64,000 bases of DNA from Patescibacteria group bacterium (GTDB taxonomy: Bacteria > Patescibacteriota > Patescibacteriia > Magasanikbacterales > JBBTQS01). Below, in pieces: positions 37,545 through 47,275 of the stretch; the stretch's first letter is position 1; each line of letters starts with the position of its first letter. The DNA is taken from assembly GCA_038065555.1 (NCBI GenBank), contig JBBTQS010000001.1, positions 741 through 64,740 of the forward strand, in the 5' to 3' direction. The notes under the pieces were generated by a model, which did no database searches, had not been told where the DNA came from, and saw only the letters and a list, made by a program, of their open reading frames with translations. The position numbers were made by a program, and so were the translations under genes.

Positions 37545-37580
37545 ACTGGAACCCCGAGCAATCGGGGTTTTCAGTTTTTA
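37545..37580 (+). terminator. Intrinsic terminator
   Basis: actggaaccccga-gcaa-tcggggttttcagt followed by TTTT. Confidence 0.75.
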
Positions 37581-37677
37581 TCACCTCTAGGGCGATATGT
37601 CAATATCATACCATACTCACTTGTGGATAGATTGTTATGTCTTGAGGGGATATGTCCTTTCTGACTGGCAGGTTGTT

Positions 37678-37741
37678 GAAAAAAACACCACCCCGACCAC
37701 CATCTCCCGCGTGAAGCAGAAGTTGGTGATCGGGGTGAGTT
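37678..37741 (-). terminator. Long-stem terminator of the minus-strand orphan
   Basis: caccccgaccacca...tggtgatcggggtg with an A-run at the left. Confidence 0.7.
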
Positions 37742-37764
37742 GTTTTTCGTTTGGCTTTCTCGAG

Positions 37765-38283
37765 CTACTCCTCGAGCGCACGCGGGACGTCGATGCCCCA
37801 CTGCATCCCGTACCGCCCCAGATCGCCGGTGAGCTGGGTCCACAATTCGTACTCGCCCGCGGGGAACTCGACGCCGCAGTGCTTGAACAGCTCGCGCCAG
37901 GGGGCGAAGTGTCTCTCGTTTCGCTCGTTGGAGAGCTTGATGAGGGACTTCCTCTCACGCACCTCCAACTCGGCCCGTGACAGGGTCTCGAGATTGATCT
38001 CGGGCGGGGTCGTGAACACGTGGTCCTCGCCCACGAGCTGGATCCACCACTGGTCGTGGGAACCGAGCTGAGCCTTCGTCCGGGTGGTCACGACGTAGAC
38101 CGTGTATCCCTCCTGGAGGGCGTACTCCAGCGCCCCGCGGGAGTACATGTTGCTCTCCTTCACGCCGCGGCTCGCCTGCTCCTCCGTCGGCCGGAATACG
38201 GACGCGGGCTCGGAGGGGTGTTGTGGGGTGAGATCGCTCTGAATGTCGCTCGTGGAAAGAACAACGACAGTCTGCTTTGACAT
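37765..38283 (-). CDS. GC-rich orphan hypothetical protein
   Basis: 172 aa from MSKQTVVV. SD aggag, own TTGACA-N17-TATTAT promoter (38350-38378) and terminator, strong GC3 bias. Confidence 0.75.
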   Translation of the reverse strand: MSKQTVVVLSTSDIQSDLTPQHPSEPASVFRPTEEQASRGVKESNMYSRGALEYALQEGYTVYVVTTRTKAQLGSHDQWWIQLVGEDHVFTTPPEINLETLSRAELEVRERKSLIKLSNERNERHFAPWRELFKHCGVEFPAGEYELWTQLTGDLGRYGMQWGIDVPRALEE

Positions 38284-38406
38284 GTACCTTCGCTCCTGTG
38301 GGACTTTGCCCACGGTGATCTTTTCCGCAGGGATTGCAGAAAACAATAAATAATAACACAAAAATGGTCTTTTGTCAAGTTGTTGGGGGTGGTGTACCAT
38401 TGCCCC

Positions 38407-39447
38407 ATGCGTATAGCAGTAGTTGGCGGCGGAATATTTGGTGTAACCGCTGCATACAAATTAGCTGAGGCTGGACACCAGGTTGAACTCTTCGAGAAAG
38501 AGCGCGATATTCTTCAGGCTGCGTCGGGCATCAATCAGATGCGATTGCATCGCGGGTATCATTATCCGCGCAGTAGCGAGACAGTGTTGTCTTGTTTGCG
38601 TGCAGAGCAATCATTTCGTGCGACGTATGCGCCGGCGGTTATCGATGGCGCTGCACATTACTACTGCATCGCGGCACAGGGGAGTCTGGTGAGCGCATCT
38701 CAATTCTTGGATTTTTGTGATACACACGGGCTGGAGTACGCCGAAGAGTATCCGACGTTCGTTGCGCGTGAGAGCGTGGAGCTCTCTGTGCGTGTGAAGG
38801 AAGGGTGTCTGGATCCTGTCGTGCTGCGCGCGCTGTGCATGGAGCGACTCGCGGCACACGGAGTACAAGTGCACTTGGGTGTCGAGGTAACTGCTGCACA
38901 ATTGGAGTCGTACGAAAAAGTAGTCGTCGCAACGTATGCGTCGATCAATGGTCTGGTTCCAGATGGTGTAGGGCGACAGTATCAATTCGAAGTGTGTGAG
39001 AAGCCAGTGGTGCGATTGCCTGAGTCCTTGCGGTCATCGTCTGTAGTTATCATGGACGGACCATTCATGTGTGTGGATCGATATGGGCGTAGTGATCTGG
39101 CACTCATGGGCAATGTTGTGCACGCAATTCATCACACGAATACCGGACTAAGCGCAGTGGTGCCCTCGGCGTTGCAGCCACTCTTGAATCAAGGAATTAT
39201 CACTGATCCACCCGTGACTAACTACGCGGCATTTCGTGAATCTGCTGTGCAGTTCATTCCTGAGATTGCTGAGGCGCAGCACGTCGGGTCGATGTTCACT
39301 GTTCGTACTGTGTTGCCACATCTCGAGGCAACAGATGCACGACCTACGATGGTCGAGTCATTGGACGAACGGACGATTGTTATATTTTCGGGCAAGATTG
39401 GCAATTGCGTGGACGCGGCTGACCAAGTCGTGCGACTTATCGCGTGA
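38407..39447 (+). CDS. FAD-dependent oxidoreductase (glycan-locus type)
   Basis: 'RIAVVGGGIFG', 'ASGINQMRLHRGYHYPRS', 'MDGPF', 'SGKI'. Confidence 0.85.
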   Translation: MRIAVVGGGIFGVTAAYKLAEAGHQVELFEKERDILQAASGINQMRLHRGYHYPRSSETVLSCLRAEQSFRATYAPAVIDGAAHYYCIAAQGSLVSASQFLDFCDTHGLEYAEEYPTFVARESVELSVRVKEGCLDPVVLRALCMERLAAHGVQVHLGVEVTAAQLESYEKVVVATYASINGLVPDGVGRQYQFEVCEKPVVRLPESLRSSSVVIMDGPFMCVDRYGRSDLALMGNVVHAIHHTNTGLSAVVPSALQPLLNQGIITDPPVTNYAAFRESAVQFIPEIAEAQHVGSMFTVRTVLPHLEATDARPTMVESLDERTIVIFSGKIGNCVDAADQVVRLIA

Positions 39448-40351
39448 GGCGTTCGATGGTTGCGACAACAGCAGCGCCAAATGTTGCATCTGTGAGCGGT
39501 TGTTTGCGGGTCTGAACACAGCGCAAGAATGTGCGGACCTCTGTCTCGAGTGCCGTAGTCTTTGCAGTGAAGAGTGTTGTAGTGGATTGTGTTGCTTCGT
39601 TCCACGTGTAGAGACTCTCATCGTCCCAAATCAGGAGTTTGCCACTCTTGGTTCGGATGGTGAGGATTTTTTGTTTTGCTCCTCCGGCGGTCTCGCGTGG
39701 GAGGGTGATGCGGTTGGTACTGATGATTGCTTCGCGACCTCCGGGGAATGTGAGGCGTGCGACAATACTATCTTCCTTGGTGAGTGCGCCAAGCGAGCTC
39801 AGGAGTGTCGCGGTGCGTGGCGTGCCCATGAGCAGCTGTGCGAGCGCCACGTCATGGCATGTGAGATTCCAATAGATAGATTCGTTGAATGTGCCCCACT
39901 TGTTCCAGGTGAATTGCGCGTGGGTGACTGGGTCGTTCTTCACGAATGACTGGAGCTTCGTGAATGCTTCGTGATAGCAAAAGACATGTCCGACGTTGAC
40001 GATGCGCTGCGATCTTGTTGCGAGTGCGGCGAGTGTTCTTGCTTCGCGTGCTGTGTTGGTGAGTGGCTTCTCTACGAACACGTCTTTGCCTGCCAGGAGT
40101 GCGGACTTGGTGAGTTCGAAGTGAGTTGCAATGGGGGTAGCAATGACCACGACTTGGATCGAGTTGTCATGCAAAATATCCTGGATGTTCGTTGTTGTGC
40201 GTAGCGCAGGGAATTCGTGTTGCAGCCATTCTTGCGTTGCAGGTGATCCTTGGTGACACGCGGCTACAACGTTGCCATGTTCTGCAAATGTTGCGAGCAA
40301 CTTCTTGCCCCAGCGGCCAACGCCTACAATAGCTATGTTCGGTTTGCGCAT
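39437..40351 (-). CDS. Gfo/Idh/MocA-family oxidoreductase
   Basis: 'IVGVGRWG', 'IATPIATH', 'VFVEKP'. Confidence 0.9.
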   Translation of the reverse strand: MRKPNIAIVGVGRWGKKLLATFAEHGNVVAACHQGSPATQEWLQHEFPALRTTTNIQDILHDNSIQVVVIATPIATHFELTKSALLAGKDVFVEKPLTNTAREARTLAALATRSQRIVNVGHVFCYHEAFTKLQSFVKNDPVTHAQFTWNKWGTFNESIYWNLTCHDVALAQLLMGTPRTATLLSSLGALTKEDSIVARLTFPGGREAIISTNRITLPRETAGGAKQKILTIRTKSGKLLIWDDESLYTWNEATQSTTTLFTAKTTALETEVRTFLRCVQTRKQPLTDATFGAAVVATIERLTR

Positions 40352-41472
40352 AGAGATGTGATGAGCGCGATGTGCGCGTCGGTGACGGATTCCCAGGGGA
40401 TATCGAGTGGGAGCTGATTCACCATTGCAACGGCAGCTGCGTACGATTCTGGCTCGAAGAATTGCGCAAATGCGCGCTGCATATCAGCAGGGTCCATGGT
40501 GTCGAACAAGTACTGATCAGGGATTTGCACCGAGAGCCCGTGATTCTTCGTGAGTGTGACAGGCTTGCCCAGAGACAGTGACTCGAGGATGAAATTGGGA
40601 TTGAATTCAGTGAGCGCAGGGCCGATGCTCACCGAGGACGAGCGAATACGGTCGAAGAGCGCGGCCTGTGGGAGCGATGGGAGAATTGAGACTGTATCAC
40701 TTGTGTGCGTCTGCGCGATGCGCTCGCGAAGTCGTGATTCGTCTGGTCCTGCACCGATGAGTGTGAGTGTGCCACGGCCGAATTGTTCTCGTAGTGTTGC
40801 AAATACAGAGATCACTTGTTCGAGATTCTTGTAGCGCACGAATCGTCCGGCGAAGAGAATGTGCGGGCCATCAGCAGCAAGTGTTGTGTCGGCAGTCTCG
40901 CGGCGCGACACTGGATTCTTGATGATGGTAATAGAGTCACTAGCAACGCTGAAGTAGCGCTCGTAGATTGCAGCGAGCATGGGTGTGTACGTGATGACAC
41001 GCTGCGCACCACGCAACACGAATCGGATGAGCTTGAATGTGAACGGTTTGTCCTGGAGATGGAGATTCTGTTGGTAGTAGTCGGTGATAGAGATGAACCG
41101 CTTGCCCTTTTCTACCGTGCGTTCCCAGATAGGATCTCCGCCGATGCGGATGATGAACTTCTTGGAGAGTAATGCGGCTGCGATGCGTGCTGGGAGTCCC
41201 GCGGCAGAGGGGTCAAATGCGTAGATCAAATCAGAGCTCCAAGCCGTGCGAATGAGTACGCAAAAATACGCCAACCAGTGCAGTGGCTTGGGCCATCGGC
41301 GTGAGGCGCGGCGCACCTCGAATGGAAATGTGTCAGGTTCAGTGGTGTCACCGTAGGCAACAACCGTGACCGACCAGCCATTGGCCACAGCAGCCTCTGC
41401 GATTTTGCGCACATGAATTGCTGGACCGCCGACATCCGGATAGAAGATCCCTGCTGCGAGTGTAATATGCAT
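40333..41472 (-). CDS. Glycosyltransferase family 4
   Basis: 'IFYPDVGGPA', 'FAGRFVRYKN', 'EFNPNFILESLSLGKP'. Confidence 0.85.
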   Translation of the reverse strand: MHITLAAGIFYPDVGGPAIHVRKIAEAAVANGWSVTVVAYGDTTEPDTFPFEVRRASRRWPKPLHWLAYFCVLIRTAWSSDLIYAFDPSAAGLPARIAAALLSKKFIIRIGGDPIWERTVEKGKRFISITDYYQQNLHLQDKPFTFKLIRFVLRGAQRVITYTPMLAAIYERYFSVASDSITIIKNPVSRRETADTTLAADGPHILFAGRFVRYKNLEQVISVFATLREQFGRGTLTLIGAGPDESRLRERIAQTHTSDTVSILPSLPQAALFDRIRSSSVSIGPALTEFNPNFILESLSLGKPVTLTKNHGLSVQIPDQYLFDTMDPADMQRAFAQFFEPESYAAAVAMVNQLPLDIPWESVTDAHIALITSLCANRT

Positions 41473-41537
41473 AGCATTGACGATGGGGGTATCATACCGT
41501 ATCGTGAGACCAGTAATCAACTCGTGAAATTGGATCT

Positions 41538-42665
41538 ATGCGCGTGTTGAGCATTAGTACTGACGCAGAGATTTTGCGTCCGGAGTCGCCCGCAGCGAAG
41601 CGTATGGCAGCATATGCGCAGCAGGTAGAGGCGCTCCACGTCATTGTGTACACCAAATCACGCGACAATGGACCTGCGTGCGTCGAGCACTCGCCGCGCC
41701 TTTTTGTGTACCCGACGCGAACGCCACAGCGATTCGCTTTTTTTCGTGCTGCGTACACCCGCGGTATGCAGGTGTTGCGTGAGGGCGCAGGCGCGTCGTG
41801 GATTCTTACTACGCAGGATCCATTTGAGACAGGATTAGTGGGTGCGATGATTCGACGCTCTGTTCGTATTCCATGGCAAATACAAGTACATACTGATTTT
41901 TTGAATCCTGCGTTTCGAACTTCGGCATTGCAGCGAATGCGTGCGTGGATGGGGCGCGTGCTCATTGCGCGTGCAGACACGATTCGTGTTGTCTCGGATC
42001 GGATCAAGCAGTCGCTGATTGCGGTAGCGCCACATCTGGAATCTCGTATCACAGTATTGCCGATTTTTGTGGATACAGAGGCGATTGCGAAGCATCCCGG
42101 CGTGGTAGATGTGCATGCAGACTATCCAGATCGATTTCCTATTATTCTCATGGCGTCGCGTATTACGAGTGAGAAGCAAATTCCTTTGGCAATCGCTGCT
42201 GTGGCGCGATTTGCTACAGAGTATCCGCGCGCGTTGCTCCTGATTGTTGGAGAAGGAGCTGAGAAGGAGCGATTGCAGTCATTTGTGCGCAACACGGGAG
42301 CACCGGCGGTTTTTGCGCCATGGGTTGACGGCGTATTCACACACTACAAATCCGCAGATATCTTCTTGAACGCTTCGGCGTTCGAGGGGTATGGACGGAC
42401 GCTTGTAGAGGCGCATGCTGCCGGCATGACCATTGTAAGTACGGATGTTGGTGTGGCGCGAGATGTTGTTGCGGCGGATGCTGATGGTGTCGTCGTTGAA
42501 CAGTCGACGGTTGCGTCGCTTGCGGAAGGGTTGCGTCGTGTTACCACACGATTACAAAAAGGCGTGCGGCCCAAGGCCATGGCACGCCATCAAACATTCG
42601 CTCCCTACGTCGAGAAATTCGTTGCGTGCTGGCAAGCAACGTTAGACGCAGCGAACCACAAGTAA
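41538..42665 (+). CDS. Glycosyltransferase family 4
   Basis: 'QDPFETG', 'SRITSEK', 'FEGYGRTLVEA'. Confidence 0.88.
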   Translation: MRVLSISTDAEILRPESPAAKRMAAYAQQVEALHVIVYTKSRDNGPACVEHSPRLFVYPTRTPQRFAFFRAAYTRGMQVLREGAGASWILTTQDPFETGLVGAMIRRSVRIPWQIQVHTDFLNPAFRTSALQRMRAWMGRVLIARADTIRVVSDRIKQSLIAVAPHLESRITVLPIFVDTEAIAKHPGVVDVHADYPDRFPIILMASRITSEKQIPLAIAAVARFATEYPRALLLIVGEGAEKERLQSFVRNTGAPAVFAPWVDGVFTHYKSADIFLNASAFEGYGRTLVEAHAAGMTIVSTDVGVARDVVAADADGVVVEQSTVASLAEGLRRVTTRLQKGVRPKAMARHQTFAPYVEKFVACWQATLDAANHK

Positions 42666-43712
42666 TTATTTTTTCTTTGGCGACATAGCGTCGAGCAATT
42701 TGCGCAGGAGGCAATCGAGACTTTCGGTTGCCTCTATTGTTGCGCGTGTTTGTGTTGTGTGACGCTTGCGTGCTTCGGTGGAGAGGGAGAGGATTTGTTC
42801 GAGCTTGTTTGCCATGTCTTGCGCATCACCCTTCTTGAAGAGTGAGACTGGGGGGAGAATGTCGCGCATTGCCGTGTTGGCAACCAGTACCATGCAGCCA
42901 CTGGCGATTCCTTCGATGATTGTTTTGTCGTAGAGCCCGTCTGGACTCATATTCGCAACAATCGCATGGCTCTGGAAGAGTGGCGGTGTGAGGCGATTAG
43001 CAACTGATCCATTGAATTTCACGTATCCGGCGTTCTCCAATGGCTTGGCTTGCTCGCGCAGATGGCGGTAGTACGCAATGTCTTGCACCTGGGCGCTGCC
43101 GTAGATGTCGAGCGTGCATTTGATATCGCGATCTTTGAGTATCGAAATAGCTTCGACGAGAATCTCGAGTTGTTTGATCGGCGCGATGCGGCCGATGCAA
43201 AGAATGGAACTCGGATCAACTGCCGTTGTTGGGTCTGGGTGGAAGAGATGTGTATCCACGCCAACAGGCATGCGTACCGCACGCGTGAATCGTGCGCTAT
43301 ATGCGTGAGGTGAAGTGTGGAAGACGTGGTGCGTGAACCATGACGCAATACGCAGCCGCTTGCCGCCCATGGCGTGGTTGTACCAGAGGAAGACGCGCTT
43401 GCCTGTGAGGCGCCACAGCCATCCTGCGAGCAAAATATATTCTACATTCATGTGCACGAGCACTGTGTCGTAGGTTCCGCGAGCACGCCACAGCGCGCCG
43501 AAGAATCGTCGCAAGTATTGGACGCGCGATCGACGCTCTTCCTTGCCCAGCGAGTAAACTGTCACGTTTGCAGGTACGTCTACCGATCCTTTGTAGAGAC
43601 AAATCACGGTCACATGCTCCACCTGTGATGCAAGTGTCGTGACCCAGCCGTGCATGAATCCGAGAATATCGTCGTCTTGGTCGAGTTTTTGGGTGATGAG
43701 GAGGAGTCGCAT
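42666..43712 (-). CDS. Glycosyltransferase family 4
   Basis: 'ITQKLDQDDDILGF', 'GRIAPIK', 'DKTIIEGIASG'. Confidence 0.85.
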   Translation of the reverse strand: MRLLLITQKLDQDDDILGFMHGWVTTLASQVEHVTVICLYKGSVDVPANVTVYSLGKEERRSRVQYLRRFFGALWRARGTYDTVLVHMNVEYILLAGWLWRLTGKRVFLWYNHAMGGKRLRIASWFTHHVFHTSPHAYSARFTRAVRMPVGVDTHLFHPDPTTAVDPSSILCIGRIAPIKQLEILVEAISILKDRDIKCTLDIYGSAQVQDIAYYRHLREQAKPLENAGYVKFNGSVANRLTPPLFQSHAIVANMSPDGLYDKTIIEGIASGCMVLVANTAMRDILPPVSLFKKGDAQDMANKLEQILSLSTEARKRHTTQTRATIEATESLDCLLRKLLDAMSPKKK

Positions 43713-43714
43713 AT

Positions 43715-44869
43715 TCAGGCGAGAAGGGAATGGTAGAGTGCGAAGATGGTGTCTGCTGCATTGTCCCACGAGTAGTCCTTCGCACGCGCAGCGCCACGTT
43801 GGACGCGAGACGCGCGTGGAGCATCATCGTGAAGAGAGGAGAGTATGCCATCAATAATGCTCTGTGTCGATGTTGGGTCAACGAAGAGCGCTGCATCATC
43901 CGCCACTTCATGGAATGCGGGAATTGCTGATGCTACCACTGGTGTGTGACAGGCAAATGCCTCCAAGATCGGCAACCCAAATCCTTCGTGCAGAGATGGG
44001 AAGACCAGCAATTCCGCGCACCCATACACAAGTGGCATATGCTCATCCTTGATAAATGGTGCACGAATGACGTGTGAAGTGAGGTGGAGTTGCTCGATGC
44101 ATTTCGTTACTTGTTGACTATACTCAGGGAGATGGTCTCCACCGACAAGAACAAGGGGGAGTTGTACATTGTGCTGTGTGCGCAAGGTTGCGTATGCCTC
44201 GAGCAGTCGGAGTATATTCTTGTGTGGATCGAGTCGGCTGACACACAACAGATACGCTGATGGCAAAGCGTATTCGTGTTGGAGTGTTGCGATGGCTGCC
44301 GCGCGATCGGTGAGCGGACGATACTGCGGATCCACGCCGTTTGGGATCACGTGGATGCGTGATTCTGGGATGTGATAGGTGCTTGCGATTTCTCGCTTGC
44401 CATACGCTGAGACTGCAAGGAGTGCGTCCATGCGACCGTGCATCCATCGATTAGTAATCTGAAACGCTCTCTCACCTGCGCCAATGGCGTGCAAGCTCTT
44501 CATGATGCCTGCTTCGTGTGGCGTTACGACAATCTTGCGACTGTTGGTGAGGAGATAGGAGGGCCACACACGAGGTTGGAGATAATGCACAATGTCGAAT
44601 CGATTGCCTCGCATCCACTCATGGATCCAGAAGAGGCTCTCATTGATCATGGTTCTCCCTACAGGCCATTTGGTCTGAGGAAATCGCATTTCAGGCCACT
44701 GTGTGTACAGAGGATCAGACGTCTTTTCGTGGTGGATGAGTGTGAAATCAAAAGCACTCGAGCCGCGGTCGAGCCGCTCTAGGAATCGTCGTGCTACGAG
44801 TGCTGTTCCACGTGCAGGACGGTTGTCGATGCAACTGGTGACAAGTCCTACACGTATGCGGTGGTTCAT
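43715..44869 (-). CDS. Glycosyltransferase family 4 (MtfB/WbpY-like)
   Basis: 'PHKNILRLLEA', 'FPSLHEGFGLPILEAFAC'. Confidence 0.9.
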   Translation of the reverse strand: MNHRIRVGLVTSCIDNRPARGTALVARRFLERLDRGSSAFDFTLIHHEKTSDPLYTQWPEMRFPQTKWPVGRTMINESLFWIHEWMRGNRFDIVHYLQPRVWPSYLLTNSRKIVVTPHEAGIMKSLHAIGAGERAFQITNRWMHGRMDALLAVSAYGKREIASTYHIPESRIHVIPNGVDPQYRPLTDRAAAIATLQHEYALPSAYLLCVSRLDPHKNILRLLEAYATLRTQHNVQLPLVLVGGDHLPEYSQQVTKCIEQLHLTSHVIRAPFIKDEHMPLVYGCAELLVFPSLHEGFGLPILEAFACHTPVVASAIPAFHEVADDAALFVDPTSTQSIIDGILSSLHDDAPRASRVQRGAARAKDYSWDNAADTIFALYHSLLA

Positions 44870-46089
44870 GCGGTATGAGATTTCATGAATTCTGCGATCG
44901 TATCCATCAAGTAGGTGAGATGTGCGTCGGTCATACCGTGGTGGCAGCCGATGAGCATCGCCTGTGTGAGGATCGTGTCGGCATTATCAAGTGTTCCGTG
45001 CACGCGGTGCGGAATATTCTGATACGCAGGATGTCGCAAGATGTTACCGGAGAACAGTACTCGAGTCTGAATCTTGCGTGATTCTAGGAAGCGCATGAAT
45101 GTGGATCGGTCGATCGACGATTCCTTGCGAATGAGAACAGGGAAGGCGAGCCAGCGTACATCTGCACCTGGTAATTCACGCGCAGGCATGAAGTGCTCTG
45201 GATACTGGTTCAGGAATGTCTGCAACGTGGTGTAGTTGTGCTTGCGTGTGACGTAGAACTCCTCGAGTCGTTCGAGCTGCACCAGTCCAAATGCTGCCTG
45301 TAAGTCGATTGGCTTGAGGTTGAATCCGAGTTTGGTGAACATGAATTTGCCGTCGTGTGGCTTCTCGTTGAGTGTGTAGGCAAATCGCTTGTCTGGATCT
45401 TCGTCGAAGTGCTCTGGAAGCGCGCGGCCCCAGTCACGCAACACTTTGCCTTCTTCTGCTAACTTCTTGTCCTTGAACATAACCATGCCACCGCCACCTG
45501 CTGCCGTGATGATGTGTGATGCGTAGAAGCTCGTGGTGCTAGCATCTGCGTACATTCCTGTTGGCTCACCATTGATCGTGCCACCAATGGTGTCGCACGA
45601 ATCTTCGATGAGACGCAAGTTGTGACGATCTGCGATTGCGCGCAGTCGGCGCATGTCGTTGAGGTTACCAACAAGATGTGGAATGAAGAGTGCAACCGTC
45701 TTGTCCGTAATTGCTGCTTCGACTGCATCGATATCTACGTTGAATGTGTCGAGTTCAACATCGACAAAAACAGGAACAAGTCCGAGCTGCAACAGGGGGT
45801 TCACTGTAGTCGAAAATGTACATGCGGGCGTGATCACTTCGCCCCCTGGTGGGAAGTTGAACACGTGTGCAGCGATCAAGTTAGCCGATGATCCCGAGTT
45901 CACGAAAAGTCCTGTTTCTTGTCCAAATTTAGCAGCAACTGCAGCCTCGAATTTGCGGCTGTATTCTCCAGGAACGAGCCAGTCTGATCGCAGTGATTCG
46001 TTGACAGCGGCGATTTCGCGCTCGCCGTACACAGCGCGTGAGTACCAGACCCAGTCTGTGCCAGGGGTGAAAGGTGTTTGTTCTGCCAT
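44866..46089 (-). CDS. DegT/DnrJ-superfamily NDP-4-keto-6-deoxyhexose 3-dehydratase (RfbH/DdhC/ColD-like)
   Basis: 'NSGSSANL', 'IEDSCD', 'SFYASHIIT' (His in place of the PLP Lys), 'GFNLK', 'TRVLFSGNILRHPAY'. Confidence 0.8.
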   Translation of the reverse strand: MAEQTPFTPGTDWVWYSRAVYGEREIAAVNESLRSDWLVPGEYSRKFEAAVAAKFGQETGLFVNSGSSANLIAAHVFNFPPGGEVITPACTFSTTVNPLLQLGLVPVFVDVELDTFNVDIDAVEAAITDKTVALFIPHLVGNLNDMRRLRAIADRHNLRLIEDSCDTIGGTINGEPTGMYADASTTSFYASHIITAAGGGGMVMFKDKKLAEEGKVLRDWGRALPEHFDEDPDKRFAYTLNEKPHDGKFMFTKLGFNLKPIDLQAAFGLVQLERLEEFYVTRKHNYTTLQTFLNQYPEHFMPARELPGADVRWLAFPVLIRKESSIDRSTFMRFLESRKIQTRVLFSGNILRHPAYQNIPHRVHGTLDNADTILTQAMLIGCHHGMTDAHLTYLMDTIAEFMKSHTA

Positions 46090-46093
46090 ACAG

Positions 46094-47266
46094 TTAGTTG
46101 AGAGAAAGTAATGCGGTGTAGAGACCTTCGGTCTGTTCCATCATGCGGTCGAGCGAATAACGCTCAGTTGCGCGGATGCGAGCTGCGGCGCTCATGCGCG
46201 TCGCGTCTTGGGAGGATTCTACCATTCGGGAGATTTGTGCAGCAAGGTCAGCAGGGTCGTTCTCGTTTGCGAGTAATCCTGTCTTCTCGTGCTCGATGAG
46301 TGACTCAATAAGGGGCACACGAGTCGCCACAATAGGAACGCCTGCAGCTGCGGCTTCGATCACGCTCGTGTTGGGACCGATCCATTGGTTGCCCTTCGCA
46401 TCTCGTGAGAATGTCTGTACGTAGACGTCGCTTGCAGCGAGCAATTCGTACACGTCGGTGCGTGCGCCGAGGAAGTGAATGCGATCTGCGATTCCGAGTG
46501 TCTTGGCTTGTTCGCGCAACTGTGATTCGAGCGGCCCCCAGCCAGCGAGCATGAGATGCGCGCGCGGAACCTGCGCCATCGCTGCAATGAGTTCATCATG
46601 CCCCTTCCACGAAATAAGTCGCGCGGTCATGAGGACTAGTGGTACATCTGTCGGAATGCCGAGCTCTTCGCGCTTCTTCGTGCGGTTAGTGTCTGCATGA
46701 ACCGCTGCGATCTTCGCAACGTCAACGCCTGCAACAATGGTGAAATGTCGGCGGCCTTTGTCCCATTCTTCGCGAGTAAATGGTGCTGACGATCCGCCGT
46801 AATGTTGTTCGATTCCTTCGGTTGCACCAGTCCATGCCTGTGCCAGCGGCAGCGTGAGACGATCGAGCCAGTACACACGCTTGGTGTATGCAACGGGCAA
46901 GTTGCACTGCGTGCTGATGGTGTGTCGAATTCCAGCGATGCGCGCGGCAACGCGACCTACCGTTCCAGCGTAGGGGAGATATGTGTGTACGATTGCTGGT
47001 TTTTCGCGACGCAAGAATGCAACGAGTCTCTTGAACTCATTGCGCGTGAATCGCTGTTCGCCGCCGATGGATGTCACTCGAGCGCCAGTCTGGAGAATTT
47101 CATCCAGAACGGTTTTGGTTTCAGGTGGGAAGATGCGCTCAGATTTGAGGAATACAACGTGGAGCGAGAATTTGGACTTGTCCAGACGCGCCGCAATGTC
47201 GAGAATGATGCGCTGTGCTCCGCCGCGCAGGAGTTCGTTCACGATGATGACAACGGATTTGGGCAT
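46094..47266 (-). CDS. Glycosyltransferase family 4
   Basis: 'GGAQR', 'ARLISWKGH', 'FLGARTDV', 'VIEAAAAGVPIVAT'. Confidence 0.88.
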   Translation of the reverse strand: MPKSVVIIVNELLRGGAQRIILDIAARLDKSKFSLHVVFLKSERIFPPETKTVLDEILQTGARVTSIGGEQRFTRNEFKRLVAFLRREKPAIVHTYLPYAGTVGRVAARIAGIRHTISTQCNLPVAYTKRVYWLDRLTLPLAQAWTGATEGIEQHYGGSSAPFTREEWDKGRRHFTIVAGVDVAKIAAVHADTNRTKKREELGIPTDVPLVLMTARLISWKGHDELIAAMAQVPRAHLMLAGWGPLESQLREQAKTLGIADRIHFLGARTDVYELLAASDVYVQTFSRDAKGNQWIGPNTSVIEAAAAGVPIVATRVPLIESLIEHEKTGLLANENDPADLAAQISRMVESSQDATRMSAAARIRATERYSLDRMMEQTEGLYTALLSLN

Positions 47267-47275
47267 AGATTGAAA

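Larger units (their letters stand above)
35772..37657 (+). mobile_element. Decayed IS1595-type element with AT-rich passenger genes
   Basis: Transposase remnant followed by AT-rich cargo. The candidate right end gttatgtcttgaggggatatgtcc (37634-37657) lies where composition changes back. No left end was found. Confidence 0.55.

Noticed and set aside
34100-38400. Integrated prophage or ICE at tRNA-Asp
   Set aside because: No integrase, no phage genes and no duplicated tRNA 3' end (att) were found; only an IS remnant and orphans.
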